Part shown: one piece after another, positions 23,896 through 35,414 of the stretch | How positions within the stretch are numbered: position 1 is the first letter of the stretch | Layout: every line of letters starts with the position of its first letter | Assembly (NCBI RefSeq): GCF_001194135.2 | Contig: NC_069003.1 | Coordinates: 26,551,961 to 26,593,866, forward strand | Direction of reading: 5' to 3' | Source: Octopus bimaculoides | Lineage: Eukaryota | Length of the DNA stretch: 41,906 nt | Translations under genes and position numbers: made by a program | Notes under the pieces: model-generated | Told to the model about the DNA's origin: nothing | What the model saw: only the letters and a program-made list of their open reading frames with translations | Databases searched by the model: none

Positions 23896-24027
23896 ATGGG
23901 GAAAATGAAAGGTGATAAACACAAATCGAAGAACCCTCATCTGGCAGACCAGATTCTCGAGGATAAATCTGTTCGACCTCCTGGCAGAACAAAAGATAAA
24001 CAAAATCGTCAAGACAGCGATGACGAA
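23896..24027 (+). CDS. BYSL: Bystin exon 1 (MGKMKGDKHK...QDSDDE)
   Basis: ATG 23896, 44 codons, donor GAA|GTGAGT. Resembles the bystin N-terminus (LADQI motif) and joins in frame to exon 2. Confidence 0.85.
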
Positions 24028-24227
24028 GTGAGTAAAATCTTTATTTGGTCATATGGTTGCGAATCTCTATTTTTCTTTAAATTCTATCAAAGATATGGTC
24101 TCTAGAAAGGAACTGTATTCATATCGTTAGCAAGATCACCGGTACCAGTAAGAACAGCATCAACTGAACTGTGAATTTGACTGGGACATTTCATAATCAA
24201 TCTGATCAAGTTTCAAAGTGTTTTTTA

Positions 24228-24640
24228 CTCGGTCATTTCCTGTTTGACGTTCGTAAAATCATAGTGATCTAAAAAGTTTATTTCAATCGAACATTTAATC
24301 ATAATTATAAGTGGTACACACTACAAACAGCGAGTAAAAAGTGAGAAAAAATTGTTTAGACTTATTTTGAATTGAGTTCCGCCCTGAGCACGTGAAAATT
24401 CTTCAACAATCCACGTCGGGCACACCATGCAAATACAAGTGGCTGAATCTGACAAAGATCGATCCAGTGTCGTAACTGTATGCGTTGTATTGATTATCTG
24501 TTGAGCTGTAAGTATTTCGTTGGGATTCTCTGTAAAGCGAGGAGCAGGAGGGCGTCCACCAGACATGGCAATTGAGTTGAAATGAAATTGAAACTAAAAG
24601 AAATTCGATTTTACGAACGTCAAATAGGAGATTACCTTCT
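24228..24640 (-). mobile_element. Internally deleted mariner-like element
   Basis: Inverted ends CCT(G/A)TTTGACGTTCGTAAAATC, TA-flanked; internal minus-strand SGGRPP..TEN...DRSLS resembles a mariner N-terminal HTH region. Confidence 0.6.
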
Positions 24641-24900
24641 TACACTTAGCGACGGCCAAATTTTCTGGCGATTGGGCCGACACTTTGTGGCGATAATCGG
24701 TGTTAAGGGAGGTTTTATCTCCATTTAGCATCCAGCCATGGCAAAATGTCGGATGATGTTCGGCTTTCCCAATGTCCCAAGGCTTGCAATCACTCGCTTT
24801 AATGCCGTGTTTGGTGTTGCTTCAGAATTTTTTTACAGATGACATAAAAACTGGGAGGTTGTATCATAGAACCAGAGTGGGTTGGTATCACGAGGGTTAA

Positions 24901-25120
24901 CCAGTTAGCATTTAAACTGGCCTTGGCACTCCCCAGTATTCTATCTGTTTTATAATCAAACTTGTGAGATCCAGCCTCTCACACCTACCCTACAATGTCA
25001 TTCTAAATATAAACAGTCATGCCATTGAAATCTCAAAGCTACAAGATAATACAAGATTAATTCAAAATGATGTTTATAAATAAGCATTGCATTTGACAGC
25101 ATAATCTGAATACTAAAGGG
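24901..25120 (+). mobile_element. piggyBac-like MITE (220 bp)
   Basis: TTAA|CCAGTTAGCATT...AATACTAAAGGG|TTGG; same family as 31681-31900. Confidence 0.7.
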
Positions 25121-25258
25121 TTGGATTGTTACTTGAAGGAGATTTTGCGAGTCAGTGATTTTTCAACTACAGACCTATTTGTTTATCTTCCTAGAAATAG
25201 CAGTCAAATCTTCTTCAAATAACATTCTACCGCCTTAAATAAGATACTCACACACATA

Positions 25259-25475
25259 CTAGGGGGTGCTGAGAAGTTCCTGGCTTTGAGTAAAAGAAAA
25301 TACAGGAGGATCAGTTAATTATGATTTTACTCAACATATTCCCCTCTCAGATTCCTGCACTTATTGCAGTGGACCTTCAATTTTTCTAAGCCCCTTGTAA
25401 GAGAACTCGAATGGTTGGACCTCCAACCAAACTTTTCATGACACTCAAAGCCAGGAACTTTTCAGTACCCCCTCA
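25259..25475. mobile_element. Mariner-type MITE
   Basis: TIRs C(T/G)AGGGGGTGCTGA(G/A)AAGTTCCTGGCTTTGAGT, TA TSD. Confidence 0.85.
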
Positions 25476-25525
25476 TATGCTCCAGAATAAATAACCACTG
25501 TAGTCATGTGTGCATACGTCAGTTT

Positions 25526-25566
<41 letters not shown>

Positions 25567-25773
25567 GATCTAGAACAACTAACCAGTTAGCACTCCTTTC
25601 CATATGGAGTTTTTGTTTACTAATTGGCTTGATAACCTCAGATTTGGTTGTTATTTCTAGCAGATTGAACATCATTGTAGGGGGTTCCTTCATTGGCTCA
25701 AAGGAAAGCAATAATAAAAATGATGATGGTGGTAGTGTCGATTTTGAATATACATTTTCTTTTTCTCTATCAG

Positions 25774-25865
25774 TTTGTCGATGAGAAGTTGTCACGTAAG
25801 ATCTTGGAGCAGGCACGTGCCCAACAAGAAGAGCTTGAAGAAGAACATGGCATTAATAAATCACA
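25774..25865 (+). CDS. BYSL: Bystin exon 2 (FVDEKLSRKILEQARAQQEELEEEHG...)
   Basis: Acceptor ctctatcag, donor CA|GTAAGT. Matches human bystin LSRRILQQARQQQEELEAEHG. Confidence 0.92.
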
Positions 25866-25889
25866 GTAAGTTCTTTCTTTCTTGCCTTT

Positions 25890-26273
25890 AACCCTCCAAC
25901 GCGGAGTATAGGCCACTTATAATTGAATTCCATGTCGCATAATTTTTTGCTTCTGTACTTATACTCTGCCATGAATGTCCCCCTTTCTCTAGTTCCTTTT
26001 GTGTTGATCTACGCTACAAGTTCTTAGGCCTACCCCTCTTTCTATATCCATCCAGATTCCACTGTAAAACACTTTTCGCTGCATTTGGTGGGTCCTTTCT
26101 AATTGTGCTACCAATTCACTTCCACTTTCTCTTAAATATTTGCTCCGTAATCGAAACTTGATTCGTTCTTTGCCATAGCTCCATATTGCTTATGTGTTTG
26201 GGCCATCTGATTTTAAGTATACTACGCAAGCACCTGTTGATGAATGATTGTATTTGCTTATTTGACTTAACTA
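25890..26273 (-). mobile_element. RTE-clade LINE 3' fragment
   Basis: IQSFINRCLRSILKIRWPKHISNMELWQRTNQ...KRKWK.IG..IRK...LQWNLDGYRKRGRPK is the typical RTE C-terminus; truncated by the gap. Confidence 0.8.
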
Positions 26274-26882
26274 NNNNNNNNNNNNNNNNNNNNNNNNNNN
26301 NNNNNNNNNNNNNNNNNNNNNNNNNNNNNNNNNNNNNNNNNNNNNNNNNNNNNNNNNNNNNNNNNNNNNNNNNNNNNNNNNNNNNNNNNNNNNNNNNNNN
26401 NNNNNNNNNNNNNNNNNNNNNNNNNNNNNNNNNNNNNNNNNNNNNNNNNNNNNNNNNNNNNNNNNNNNNNNNNNNNNNNNNNNNNNNNNNNNNNNNNNNN
26501 NNNNNNNNNNNNNNNNNNNNNNNNNNNNNNNNNNNNNNNNNNNNNNNNNNNNNNNNNNNNNNNNNNNNNNNNNNNNNNNNNNNNNNNNNNNNNNNNNNNN
26601 NNNNNNNNNNNNNNNNNNNNNNNNNNNNNNNNNNNNNNNNNNNNNNNNNNNNNNNNNNNNNNNNNNNNNNNNTGACTGGCCTTCGTGCCGGTGGCACGTA
26701 AAAGCACCTACTACACTCTCAGAGTCGTTGGCGTTAGGAAGGGCATCCAGCTGTAGAAACTCTGCCAAATCAGATTGGAGCCTGGTGTAGCCATCTGGTT
26801 TCACCAGTCTTCAGTCAAATCGTCCAACCCATGCTAGCATGGAAAGCGGACGTTAAATGATGATGATGTTGATGATGATGAT

Positions 26883-27021
26883 TCCCCTGTCAGATTCACA
26901 CACTTATTGCAGCGGTCCTTCAGATTTTCGTAAGCCCTGTAAAAGAACTTGGAAATTTGGGCCTCCAACCAGGCCTTTCGTGATACCCTTAAAGCCAGGA
27001 ATTTTTCAGCACCCCCCCTCG
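26883..27021. mobile_element. Right half of a second copy of the 25259 MITE
   Basis: Aligns by eye to about 25340-25475 and ends in AAAGCCAGGAATTTTTCAGCACCCCCCCTCG. Confidence 0.75.
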
Positions 27022-28250
27022 TGTACTGTGTCGCAAAGTGAGGAAGCTACTCACCATTCTTCTATTCTTTTACTGGTTTCAGTCTTTGGACTGCAGCCAT
27101 GCTGGAGCACTACTTTCGAGGAGTGTAATTGATTATATCAACCCAAGTACTACTGTCTCTTACTTATTTGAGAAATAAACAACTGAGAAAAAACAGGGTC
27201 AAAGTTGAAAATAGTGAGGAAAAAAATTAGAACTTGGTGTGGGGGGGGGGACCTGTTTCTTTATTATTTTGACTTGGACCTTGATTTCTAGGTTTATTTA
27301 GTAACATCTGACAAGTTTTGTCGTGTGTCATCATTTTATTCACCTTGGAGGAAGACAAAAGACATTATTCCAGTAATGAATTTTATTTTATTTATTTATG
27401 CGCCCTTTTCAAGCTTAGCCAGGCTCATGGGACCGGTTTCTATGGTGTATGTGTTCCTCCACCAGCTGGACGGGATGCCAGTCCATCGCAGCATTACTCA
27501 CCATCATGGGTACCTTTTACATGTTGAAAAGGTTTCCCATGCCTAGTTTAAACCTTACTACTGCAGGAATTCTGATATGTCCCCTGAACAAAGTACACAA
27601 CTTTGATATTACTACAGCCATCGTGCTGTGTGTTCTGAGTAAGGTGCTGAGCGAACTACTACAGTTGTGGAGGAGTCCTCTAAACAAGGTACATAACTCT
27701 GTCCCAGATTACCTGGTCGACCATGAACCTAACTTCTGTTTGCTACTTCATAGCTGTTATTTAGCCCCAGGTTGACCTTAAAGGAACAGGTCTCTGGTCA
27801 GAACCATTCCAACCATGACTATCTCGTTTTTATTTTCTTTTTCTAGGCATACATAGTTCACCTCAGACTACATTATCCAATGTGTTCCTTTTATTGTTTC
27901 TAAGACAGTAGGGTGTAATTTGAGGTTCGACAAAAAGAGACCGATAGAATAAGTACTAGGCTTACAAAGAATAAACCCTGGGATCGATTTGCTCGACTAA
28001 AAGGCGGTACTCCAGCATGGCCACAGTCAAAATGACTGAAACAAGTAAAAGAGTAAGCATGTAGCTGGCTGCAAGTACACAATCATTGAAAAGAATGTTC
28101 TTGCTAGCCACTGCTGGGATTAATTTTTGTCTCCCTCCAATATTTATTGTATTTTTAACACAACATGTTCTTAAGAGATGTTATATCAGGACAAATATCA
28201 TAGTAACTGGTCTATCAACATTGTGTATACATTAAATATTTCTTGTAGAT

Positions 28251-28310
<60 letters not shown>

Positions 28311-28742
28311 TGGTTGTCTACTCCCTACACAGAGTTTGACCACCTCCTGTACCTACACCTTAGCCCTTTCATGGCGTCTGATGTGGCTTTTTAAACCAGA
28401 CAATGTTCTGAAAAAACACCCACACAGATTGCACCTCTGATTTGAACTACCAATTGGCTGCAGGTAAGTTCTGCTCATTGTGGATCCTAACATGTCTTAA
28501 GACCCCCCATTGGATTTGCAAGCCCTCTGGCACACACCACATTCAAACGTGTGCACAGACATATAATCAGAATAGCTGGTTGAAGTTTGTTTTCCAAGTG
28601 GGTAAGACCAGCTTATGATGTAGAAGCACACTCTAAGATGTAGAACAGTTAATATTATAGTGAGGTAGTATTTCTACAAGCGATATATATGTATACACAC
28701 ACACACACATAATATTTTGTTGTGTCTGACTTTTTAAAACAG

Positions 28743-28848
28743 GATAAAGAAGAAAAAGAAAGTTTCACTGGACATTTGCCCGACTCAGCATTCTGAAGAT
28801 GAAGAGTCTGACAAATCAGATTCTGAATGTTACACAGAGCAAGAAATT
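28743..28848 (+). CDS. BYSL: Bystin exon 3 (IKKKKKVSLD...SEDEESDKSDSE...EQEI)
   Basis: Acceptor aaacag, donor ATT|GTGAGT. 106 nt bridges phase 2 to phase 0 exactly; acidic low-complexity linker as expected in bystin. Confidence 0.75.
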
Positions 28849-29024
28849 GTGAGTAGAGGTTTCAGTGTTGTTGTTATTATTTAATCTCTGGCCCCTGATT
28901 GCTTTCTTTTTAACCTTTATTTTGTTTTTTGTCTTGAGGAAGAAGCTGTATCCATGTCCTTCATAAGCTTCCCTAGACGGATCAGACTGATACCATTGAC
29001 ATTTTTGCATGATATATTGATCAT

Positions 29025-29375
29025 TGATCGTTATCAACGTCGCCTCCCTGGCACCTGTGCCAGTGGCATGTGAAGAGACATTCGAGCGAGATCGTTGCCA
29101 GTGCCAATGGACTGGCTCCTGTGCAGGTGGCACATAAAATACACCATTTCGAGCGTGGCCGTCGCCAGTACTGCCTGACTGGCCCTCGTACCGGTGACAC
29201 GTAAAAGCACCCACTACACTCTCGGAGTGGTTGGCGTTAGGAAGGGCATCCAGCTGTAGAAACTCTGCCAAATCAGATTGGAGCCTGGTGCAGCCATCTG
29301 GTTCACCAGTCCTCAGTCAAATCGTCCAACCCATGCTAGCATGGAAAGTGGACTTTAAACGACGATGATGATGTT
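29025..29375 (+). mobile_element. SINE-like family C with (GAT)n tail (other plus copies at about 26672-26880, 33985-34270, 34825-34978)
   Basis: AAAAGCACCCACTACACTCTCGGAGTGGTTGGCGTTAGGAAGGGCATCC...GCATGGAAAGCGGACGTTAAACGATGAT; 5' region built of roughly 65-70-bp subrepeats. Confidence 0.8.
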
Positions 29376-29604
29376 GTAAGTTGACAGCTGTAAGACAAAC
29401 TTGTCCAGGGTGGAAATTCTAGGCATCTGATGTTCTAGGGAGGAAAGACTGCATCTAATGGGTTAAGTAGGGACACATTATGTAGGGAAGCTGTTGACAC
29501 ATTATGAGTGATGAAAGGCAGCAGGACAAATGTGTTCAAAGTGCTCTAATAAAGATTACATAGAACCAGCCAGCTCTGATAGGCTGAGGCTCCTGCAGTA
29601 GCTG

Positions 29605-29720
29605 TTAAGCCCTTCAGCATTTAAGCCGGTCACATCTGGTCCAAATATTGTACCTGTTTTATTTTCAAATCAGGCAGGTCTAGTGTCTTACACCTACCCT
29701 GCAATGTCATTCCTAAAGTA
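29605..29720 (+). mobile_element. Truncated copy of the same piggyBac-like MITE, next to the exon 4 acceptor
   Basis: TTAAGCCCTTCAGCATTTAA...CACCTACCCTGCAATGTCATTC aligns by eye with about 24897-25010. Confidence 0.6.
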
Positions 29721-29765
29721 ACTAAAGTGACTATATCATCTTCTCCATTGCATTGTCTTCTGCAG

Positions 29766-29898
29766 CCAGTCAGCAAAGAAGATGAAGAAGCATTGGAAAT
29801 GTTCATGTCCAAACAACCTCCGAAACGTCTCTGTCTGGCAGATATCATTATGGAGAAACTATCAGCAAAACGAACAGAAATCAACTCTGTTCTCTCAG
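29766..29898 (+). CDS. BYSL: Bystin exon 4 (PVSKEDEEALEMFM...LADIIMEKL...)
   Basis: Acceptor tcttctgcag, donor G|GTAAGA. Conserved EDE.A.E.FM and LADIIMEK motifs. Confidence 0.93.
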
Positions 29899-29997
29899 GT
29901 AAGACTTTCTTCTACAAACATCAGGTATAGAGTAGAATATTGGAAATGAACGACACCGCTTGTATGACAGTGGCACTCGTTTACAGCTATCGTGAGA

Positions 29998-30122
29998 ACC
30001 CAGGTTTGAAATTTCTCCATGACACCTGATGAAGGCTGGAAGGTATATCAGCTGAAACGTTGTGTTAACAATGAACAAGATGAGGATAAATATCCAACAA
30101 ATGTAAATAATGTAGATAATTT
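29998..30122 (+). mobile_element. About 125-bp dispersed repeat with hammerhead-like core (Penelope-like terminal remnant?), copy 1
   Basis: Reverse-complement homolog at 36100-36227; contains CTGATGA...GAAACGT. Confidence 0.6.
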
Positions 30123-30910
30123 GCAGCTGTGGAATTTTACCAAAAGCACCACCCAAGATCAAATGACAATAAGACCAGGTTCATCTGCAATAGATCCAAT
30201 AACAGTGTGTGTGAAGATGGTCTGCAACCAGGACCAGGATTAAAATATTTACACATAAAATGTTATAGTACCTTATTCAGGCAATAAACACTGTCTAATA
30301 ATAATAAAAAAAAAAAACAGATTTTTTCCGGTATCTAAACTCATTTTTAATGATTGGGTCACACTGACCCTAAGGTACCGCTTGTAGTCTATGCGTGCAA
30401 GTAGAAGTAATCGGCTTACCTCATTTGCCTTCCTTTGCACGAGTCTGTCTTGCGGTATCCGATCCTCGCAACTGGCCCAACCCGAAGAACGCTAGAAATA
30501 GCAGCTGCTTCTCCCAACACCTAGACGATCGCTTGGCATGTCCTCTCCTCACAACAACCCCGTTCGAAACGGGGACGAAATCCTGATCGAGGCTCCCTCT
30601 GCCCTTCTTCCTCTTCCAGTCAGCTCGCCGTTCCGGTCAGTTCACGGTTCTGGTCAGCGGTCAGCTCCCAGTTGCTGACATCATACCTGACCGCTGACAT
30701 AATTTTTTTCATGGTCCACACCAGGGTTAAAACAACGAGGTTAATGGTGCCTTATAAATATTCTTTGTAGCCAATGTAATTATGTAGTCCCATTTTTGTC
30801 TTTGCATTTGACCATAATATTGTTTTCCGTATATTCTCCGTTAAAAATATAAAGATATTTTTCTATACGGTCATTTATAAATTTTTTTTTTTGTCATATT
30901 TGTTCTGTAG

Positions 30911-31053
30911 ACAACGAAGGGGTCGAAGTGAAAGAGATGGACGAACGAGTTGTTGAGATGTACCGAAATGTCCGCAACATTCTCGCTGTTTACAGAAGTG
31001 GCAAACTGCCGAAACCATTCAAAATTATACCATCTTTGAGGAACTGGGAACAG
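30911..31053 (+). CDS. BYSL: Bystin exon 5 (...YRSGKLPKPFKIIPSLRNWEQ)
   Basis: Acceptor ttctgtag, donor CAG|GTAAGC. Hallmark YRSGKLPK.FKIIP.L.NWEQ motif. Confidence 0.96.
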
Positions 31054-31189
31054 GTAAGCAGATGGCAGTTCTAAATACCTTAGCAAAATTTTTGGTTCCA
31101 CTGCATGGCATCTTGGGCAAATGACTTCTTCTGTAGCCCTTGACCAAAGTAGATTTGCAAAATGGAAACTGAAAGAAGCTGTCATATAT

Positions 31190-31400
31190 ATATATATATA
31201 TGTGTGTGTATGTATGTATGTATATATATATATGTGTGTGTGTATGTATGTATATATATATATATGTGTGTGTATGTATATATGTATGTATGTATATATA
31301 TATATATATACACACATATATATACACATACACACACATATATACACATACACACACACATATATATACATACATACCTATATATATATATATATATGTA
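31190..31400. repeat. Compound (AT)/(GT)/(AC) microsatellite; representative of dozens of AT, CA, AG, GATA and GACA tracts in the window
   Basis: Directly visible; similar tracts at 1-46, 6340-6380, 16245-16375, 23355-23755, 28250-28310 and 41670-41906. Confidence 0.95.
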
Positions 31401-31680
31401 TATTGCCCTCGGACTGCCACTTTAGTGCCAGCATACAATCGCTTTCTCGATCTTGTCTGAGGATGTCCCAGCATCTGTGCCATTTCAGACTCTTTGCAGC
31501 CACTTGATGTTGAATATTCTCCTTAAGCATGTGAATTTAAAACATGCTAATTAAGAAACATTCATCTATTTCTTAATTAGCATGTCTTAAATTAATTGTG
31601 ACTCCCCCTCTCTCTCTCTCTCTCATATCATGGTTGAATAATTTATATTTTTACTGAAGCAAACATCTTGTTTGCTTTAA

Positions 31681-31900
31681 CCCTTTAGCATTCAGATTTC
31701 TTTGTCAAATTTATTGCTTATTTATCCACATTACTTTGAATTAATCCTGCATTATCTCATAGCGTTCAGATTTCAGTGGTGTGTTTGTATATATTTAGAA
31801 TGACATTGTAGGGTAGGTGTGAGAGGTTGGATCTGGTCAGTTTTAACATAAAGCTTGTAGAGTATTTGAGCCAGATGAGGCCATATTAAATGTTAAAGGG
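31681..31900 (-). mobile_element. piggyBac-like MITE (220 bp), inverted relative to the 24901 copy
   Basis: TTAA|CCCTTTAGCATT...AATGTTAAAGGG|TTAA: CCC ends and TTAA TSD. Confidence 0.8.
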
Positions 31901-31949
31901 TTAATCCATGCTGACTATGTCTTTAAAGTCCACAGCATGTTTGTGGATG

Positions 31950-32800
31950 TGCATGGCTTAGTGGTTAGGGGTGCTGGACTCATGACCGTAAGACTGCGGT
32001 TTCAGTTCCTGGACCAGGTGACGCGTCGTGTCCTTGAGCAAAACATTTCATTTCATGTTACTCCAGTCCACTAAGGTGGCAAAAATGAATAATCTTGCGA
32101 CAGACTAGCGTACCATCCAGGGGAGGATTTATACGCCATGAAACCAAGAAACCGGTCCTTGTGAGTCAGTTTGACCCAAGAAGGTAACTTTCCTTTTTTT
32201 TTACCACAGTATTTTTATCTGTGGGTGTGCATGCATGTATGTGTGTGTCCCCTTCTTCATACCGTTTTCTCGTGTAAGTACATTTTGTCGTGTTGGTGAA
32301 TTAATTTCAGGTGTTACACATTACACGACCAGAGCAGTGGTCAGCTGCAGCCATGTACCAAGGAACCAGAATATTTGCATCAAATCTCAATTCAAAAATG
32401 GCTCAGAGGTAAGTTGAACAGCTTGAAAGCATTTGTCATGCATGTGTGGTTAAGAATGAATTTTGCCTCTCAATCACATAGTTTCAGGTTCAATTCCACT
32501 GCACAATACCCTGAGCAACTGTTAGAAGGAAACTGAGAGGTCTGTGAAGGTGCATGGCCTGGTGGTTAGGGTGTTGCACTCGTGATTGTTAGTTCATGGA
32601 TTTGATTCCCAAATTGGATGGCACCTTGTGTTTTTGAGCAAAACACTTCATTTCACATTATTCCTGTCCACTCAGCTGTAAATGGAATAACCTGATCAAG
32701 GGGAATGCTGACCCGCTTGCCTAGCCAGCAGGGTGGCATCATTCAAAAGCTAAAACAATTTGAAGTGCACTGTGATCAGTGATGTATAACAACATCCAAT
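31950..32800 (+). mobile_element. Two copies of a further tRNA-derived SINE family (about 31950-32180 and 32550-32800) flanking exon 6
   Basis: GCATGGC.TAGTGGTTAGGG A-box, then TTGAGCAAAACA.TTCATTTCA...GTCCACT.AG.TG core. Confidence 0.7.
32311..32408 (+). CDS. BYSL: Bystin exon 6 ([33 protein letters not shown])
   Basis: Acceptor atttcag, donor AG|GTAAGT. Hallmark [15 protein letters not shown] motif. Confidence 0.96.
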
Positions 32801-33344
32801 AGTCTGGTCAGTGCCATACATATATATATATATTTAAGTGTATAATTATAAATGAGGGCTCTACTTCTGTCATAGGTGCTGGCATTCCAGAGCCCTTAAT
32901 TAAAATTTTTATAATTCCGACTTTTTTGAAGAGATTGAAACCTATAGAATAAGTACTAGGCTTACAAAGAATAAGTCCTGCAGTTGATTTGCTCTACTAA
33001 AGGCGGTGCTCCAGCATGACCGCAGTCAAATGAGTAAAAGATATATAGTCATTTTTATATGCTAGGCCAATGATATAATCATATGCAGCATGGAATTTTG
33101 TCAGTGAACGGGTTGCGGTTTCAAAGTGATGAAATATTTTGACAAATTAAATTTAAATGTTGAAGTGAATCTAACGGATTTTGTGTGTTTTTAAATGGCT
33201 TATAAACACCTTCCACACGGCAATTGTATATATGTATATATATATGTTTCTACAGCTGGATGCCCTTCCTAACGCCAACCACTCTGAGAGTGTAGTGGGT
33301 GCTTTCACGTGCCACAGGCATGAGGGCTAGTCTGGCGATATATG

Positions 33345-33387
<43 letters not shown>

Positions 33388-33921
33388 NNNNNNNNNNNNN
33401 NNNNNNNNNNNNNNNNNNNNNNNNNNNNNNNNNNNNNNNNNNNNNNNNNNNNNNNNNNNNNNNNNNNNNNNNNNNNNNNNNNNNNNNNNNNNNNNNNNNN
33501 NNNNNNNNNNNNNNNNNNNNNNNNNNNNNNNNNNNNNNNNNNNNNNNNNNNNNNNNNNNNNNNNNNNNNNNNNNNNNNNNNNNNNNNNNNNNNNNNNNNN
33601 NNNNNNNNNNNNNNNNNNNNNNNNNNNNNNNNNNNNNNNNNNNNNNNNNNNNNNNNNNNNNNNNNNNNNNNNNNNNNNNNNNNNNNNNNNNNNNNNNNNN
33701 NNNNNNNNNNNNNNNNNNNNNNNNNNNNNNNNNNNNNNNNNNNNNNNNNNNNNNNNNNNNNNNNNNNNNNNNNNNNNNNNNNNNNNNNNNNNNNNNNNNN
33801 NNNNNNNNNNNNNNNNNNNNNNNNNNNNNNNNNNNNNNNNNNNNNNNNNNNNNNNNNNNNNNNNNNNNNNNNNNNNNNNNNNNNNNNNNNNNNNNNNNNN
33901 NNNNNNNNNNNNNNNNNNNNN
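33388..33921. other. BYSL: Assembly gap probably containing bystin exon 7 (expected RFYNLVLLPR..RDDI..YK.LN.HLY)
   Basis: Exon 6 ends in phase 2 but the next visible exon starts in phase 0. About 26 conserved residues are missing, and I found no match in the sequenced part of 32409-34535. Confidence 0.6.
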
Positions 33922-33929
33922 TATATGTT

Positions 33930-33966
<37 letters not shown>

Positions 33967-34535
33967 TGAAACTGAACCAAATTCGATGACTGGCACCCGT
34001 GCCAGTGGAGCGTTAACAGCACCATCCGAGCGGGATCACTACCAGAGCAGCAGTCTCACTTCCATGCTGGTGGCACGTAAAAAGCACCATTTGAGTGCGA
34101 TCGTTTCCAGCTTTGCCTTACTGGCACTCATGCCGGTGGCATGTGAACAAAACATTGGACTGACTCCTGTGAAGGTGGCACATAAAAAAAAACACCATTT
34201 GAGCGTGGCCATTGCCAGTATCGCCGGACTGGCCCTCGTACCAGTGGCACGTAAAAAGCACCCACTGTGTCATGCTGAATCTCCCTCAGTACTACTTTAA
34301 GAGTATGTGTGTCTGTGGAGTACTCAGCTACTTGCATGTTAATTTCGCAAGCAGACTGTTCTATTGATCGGATCACCTGGAACCCTCGTCAGAGTGCTGT
34401 TTGGTTTGTTTACTTCTGAATAAAATTGAAATAGGGTTTTATTTTATCTAACAAATTTAAGGTTTGAAATGTGAATTAATTGATCAAAGTCTTCTTAAGG
34501 AAAGTTTTGGTAATATTTTCTCTCTTTTATTTCAG

Positions 34536-34601
34536 TCCTTACGAAAAGCTTTATTTAAACCAGCTGCTTTCTTCAAAGGCATCCTTATTCCCCTCTGTGA
34601 G
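34536..34601 (+). CDS. BYSL: Bystin exon 8 (SLRKALFKPAAFFKGILIPLCE)
   Basis: Acceptor ttatttcag, donor GAG|GTGAGT. Matches ALKKALFKP.A.FKGIL.PLCE. Confidence 0.95.
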
Positions 34602-35257
34602 GTGAGTATCTTGACTAAGGGTTAGTTTGAACCTGTTACCATGAAAATAGATTTTTATACAGGTTTATTTAAAAAGAGTGAACCAATTTCATTACGCAAT
34701 ATTTTAATAAGGAAAAGCTATAGAAAACTCCAGCTAAGCCACAAGTATTTACTTACAATCAACTGGTGGTAGACAAATTCAGACATGAAGACACTCACAC
34801 ATAGAGATAAGCACTATCCAAACATCATCAATGCCAGGGCCGCCTGACTGATGCCAGTGGCCCCTGGCTGGCTTCCGTGCTGGTGGCATGTAAAAAGTAC
34901 TATCCGAACGTGATCGATGCTAGGCCCACCTGACTGGCTCCTGTGCCGGTGGCATGTAAAAAGCACCCGCTACACTCTGCATTAATATTCCTTGCACTTC
35001 CAATTGAGTTGTTGCCTTTATTGAACTAATATAGCAAAATATGCCGACCATGTTCCTGCTCCTTTGTCACTTCCATTATAGGTTTGAAAGAAATAACTGT
35101 TAAAATCAAACTGCACTCTTCAAAACTTGCACTAAGAATAAGGACAAAGTAAAATTACCATCTGCTTTTATAACAAGTTGATGCAGGTAGTTTATCCCGA
35201 CCCCCTCAGACTTTCAGTTCATGCAATTGAAAAAAAACACATTATTTGTGGGATGAC

Positions 35258-35306
<49 letters not shown>

Positions 35307-35414
35307 AATAAATCTCAGGGTAGCAAAAAATTTAGAAATTCTATTTGCTACTGGTGGTCTAGCAAGAAGAAAAACACTTGTCAATAGACTATATATTATT
35401 CATATAAATACATA

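Noticed and set aside
30871-31507. YI/HT/CV-rich ORFs in several frames (also at 41378-41884)
   Set aside because: Dinucleotide microsatellite translations.
32409-34535. Apparent loss of bystin exon 7 (pseudogenisation or frameshift)
   Set aside because: All other exons are intact and a 534-nt gap lies in exactly this interval; missing sequence is the simpler explanation.
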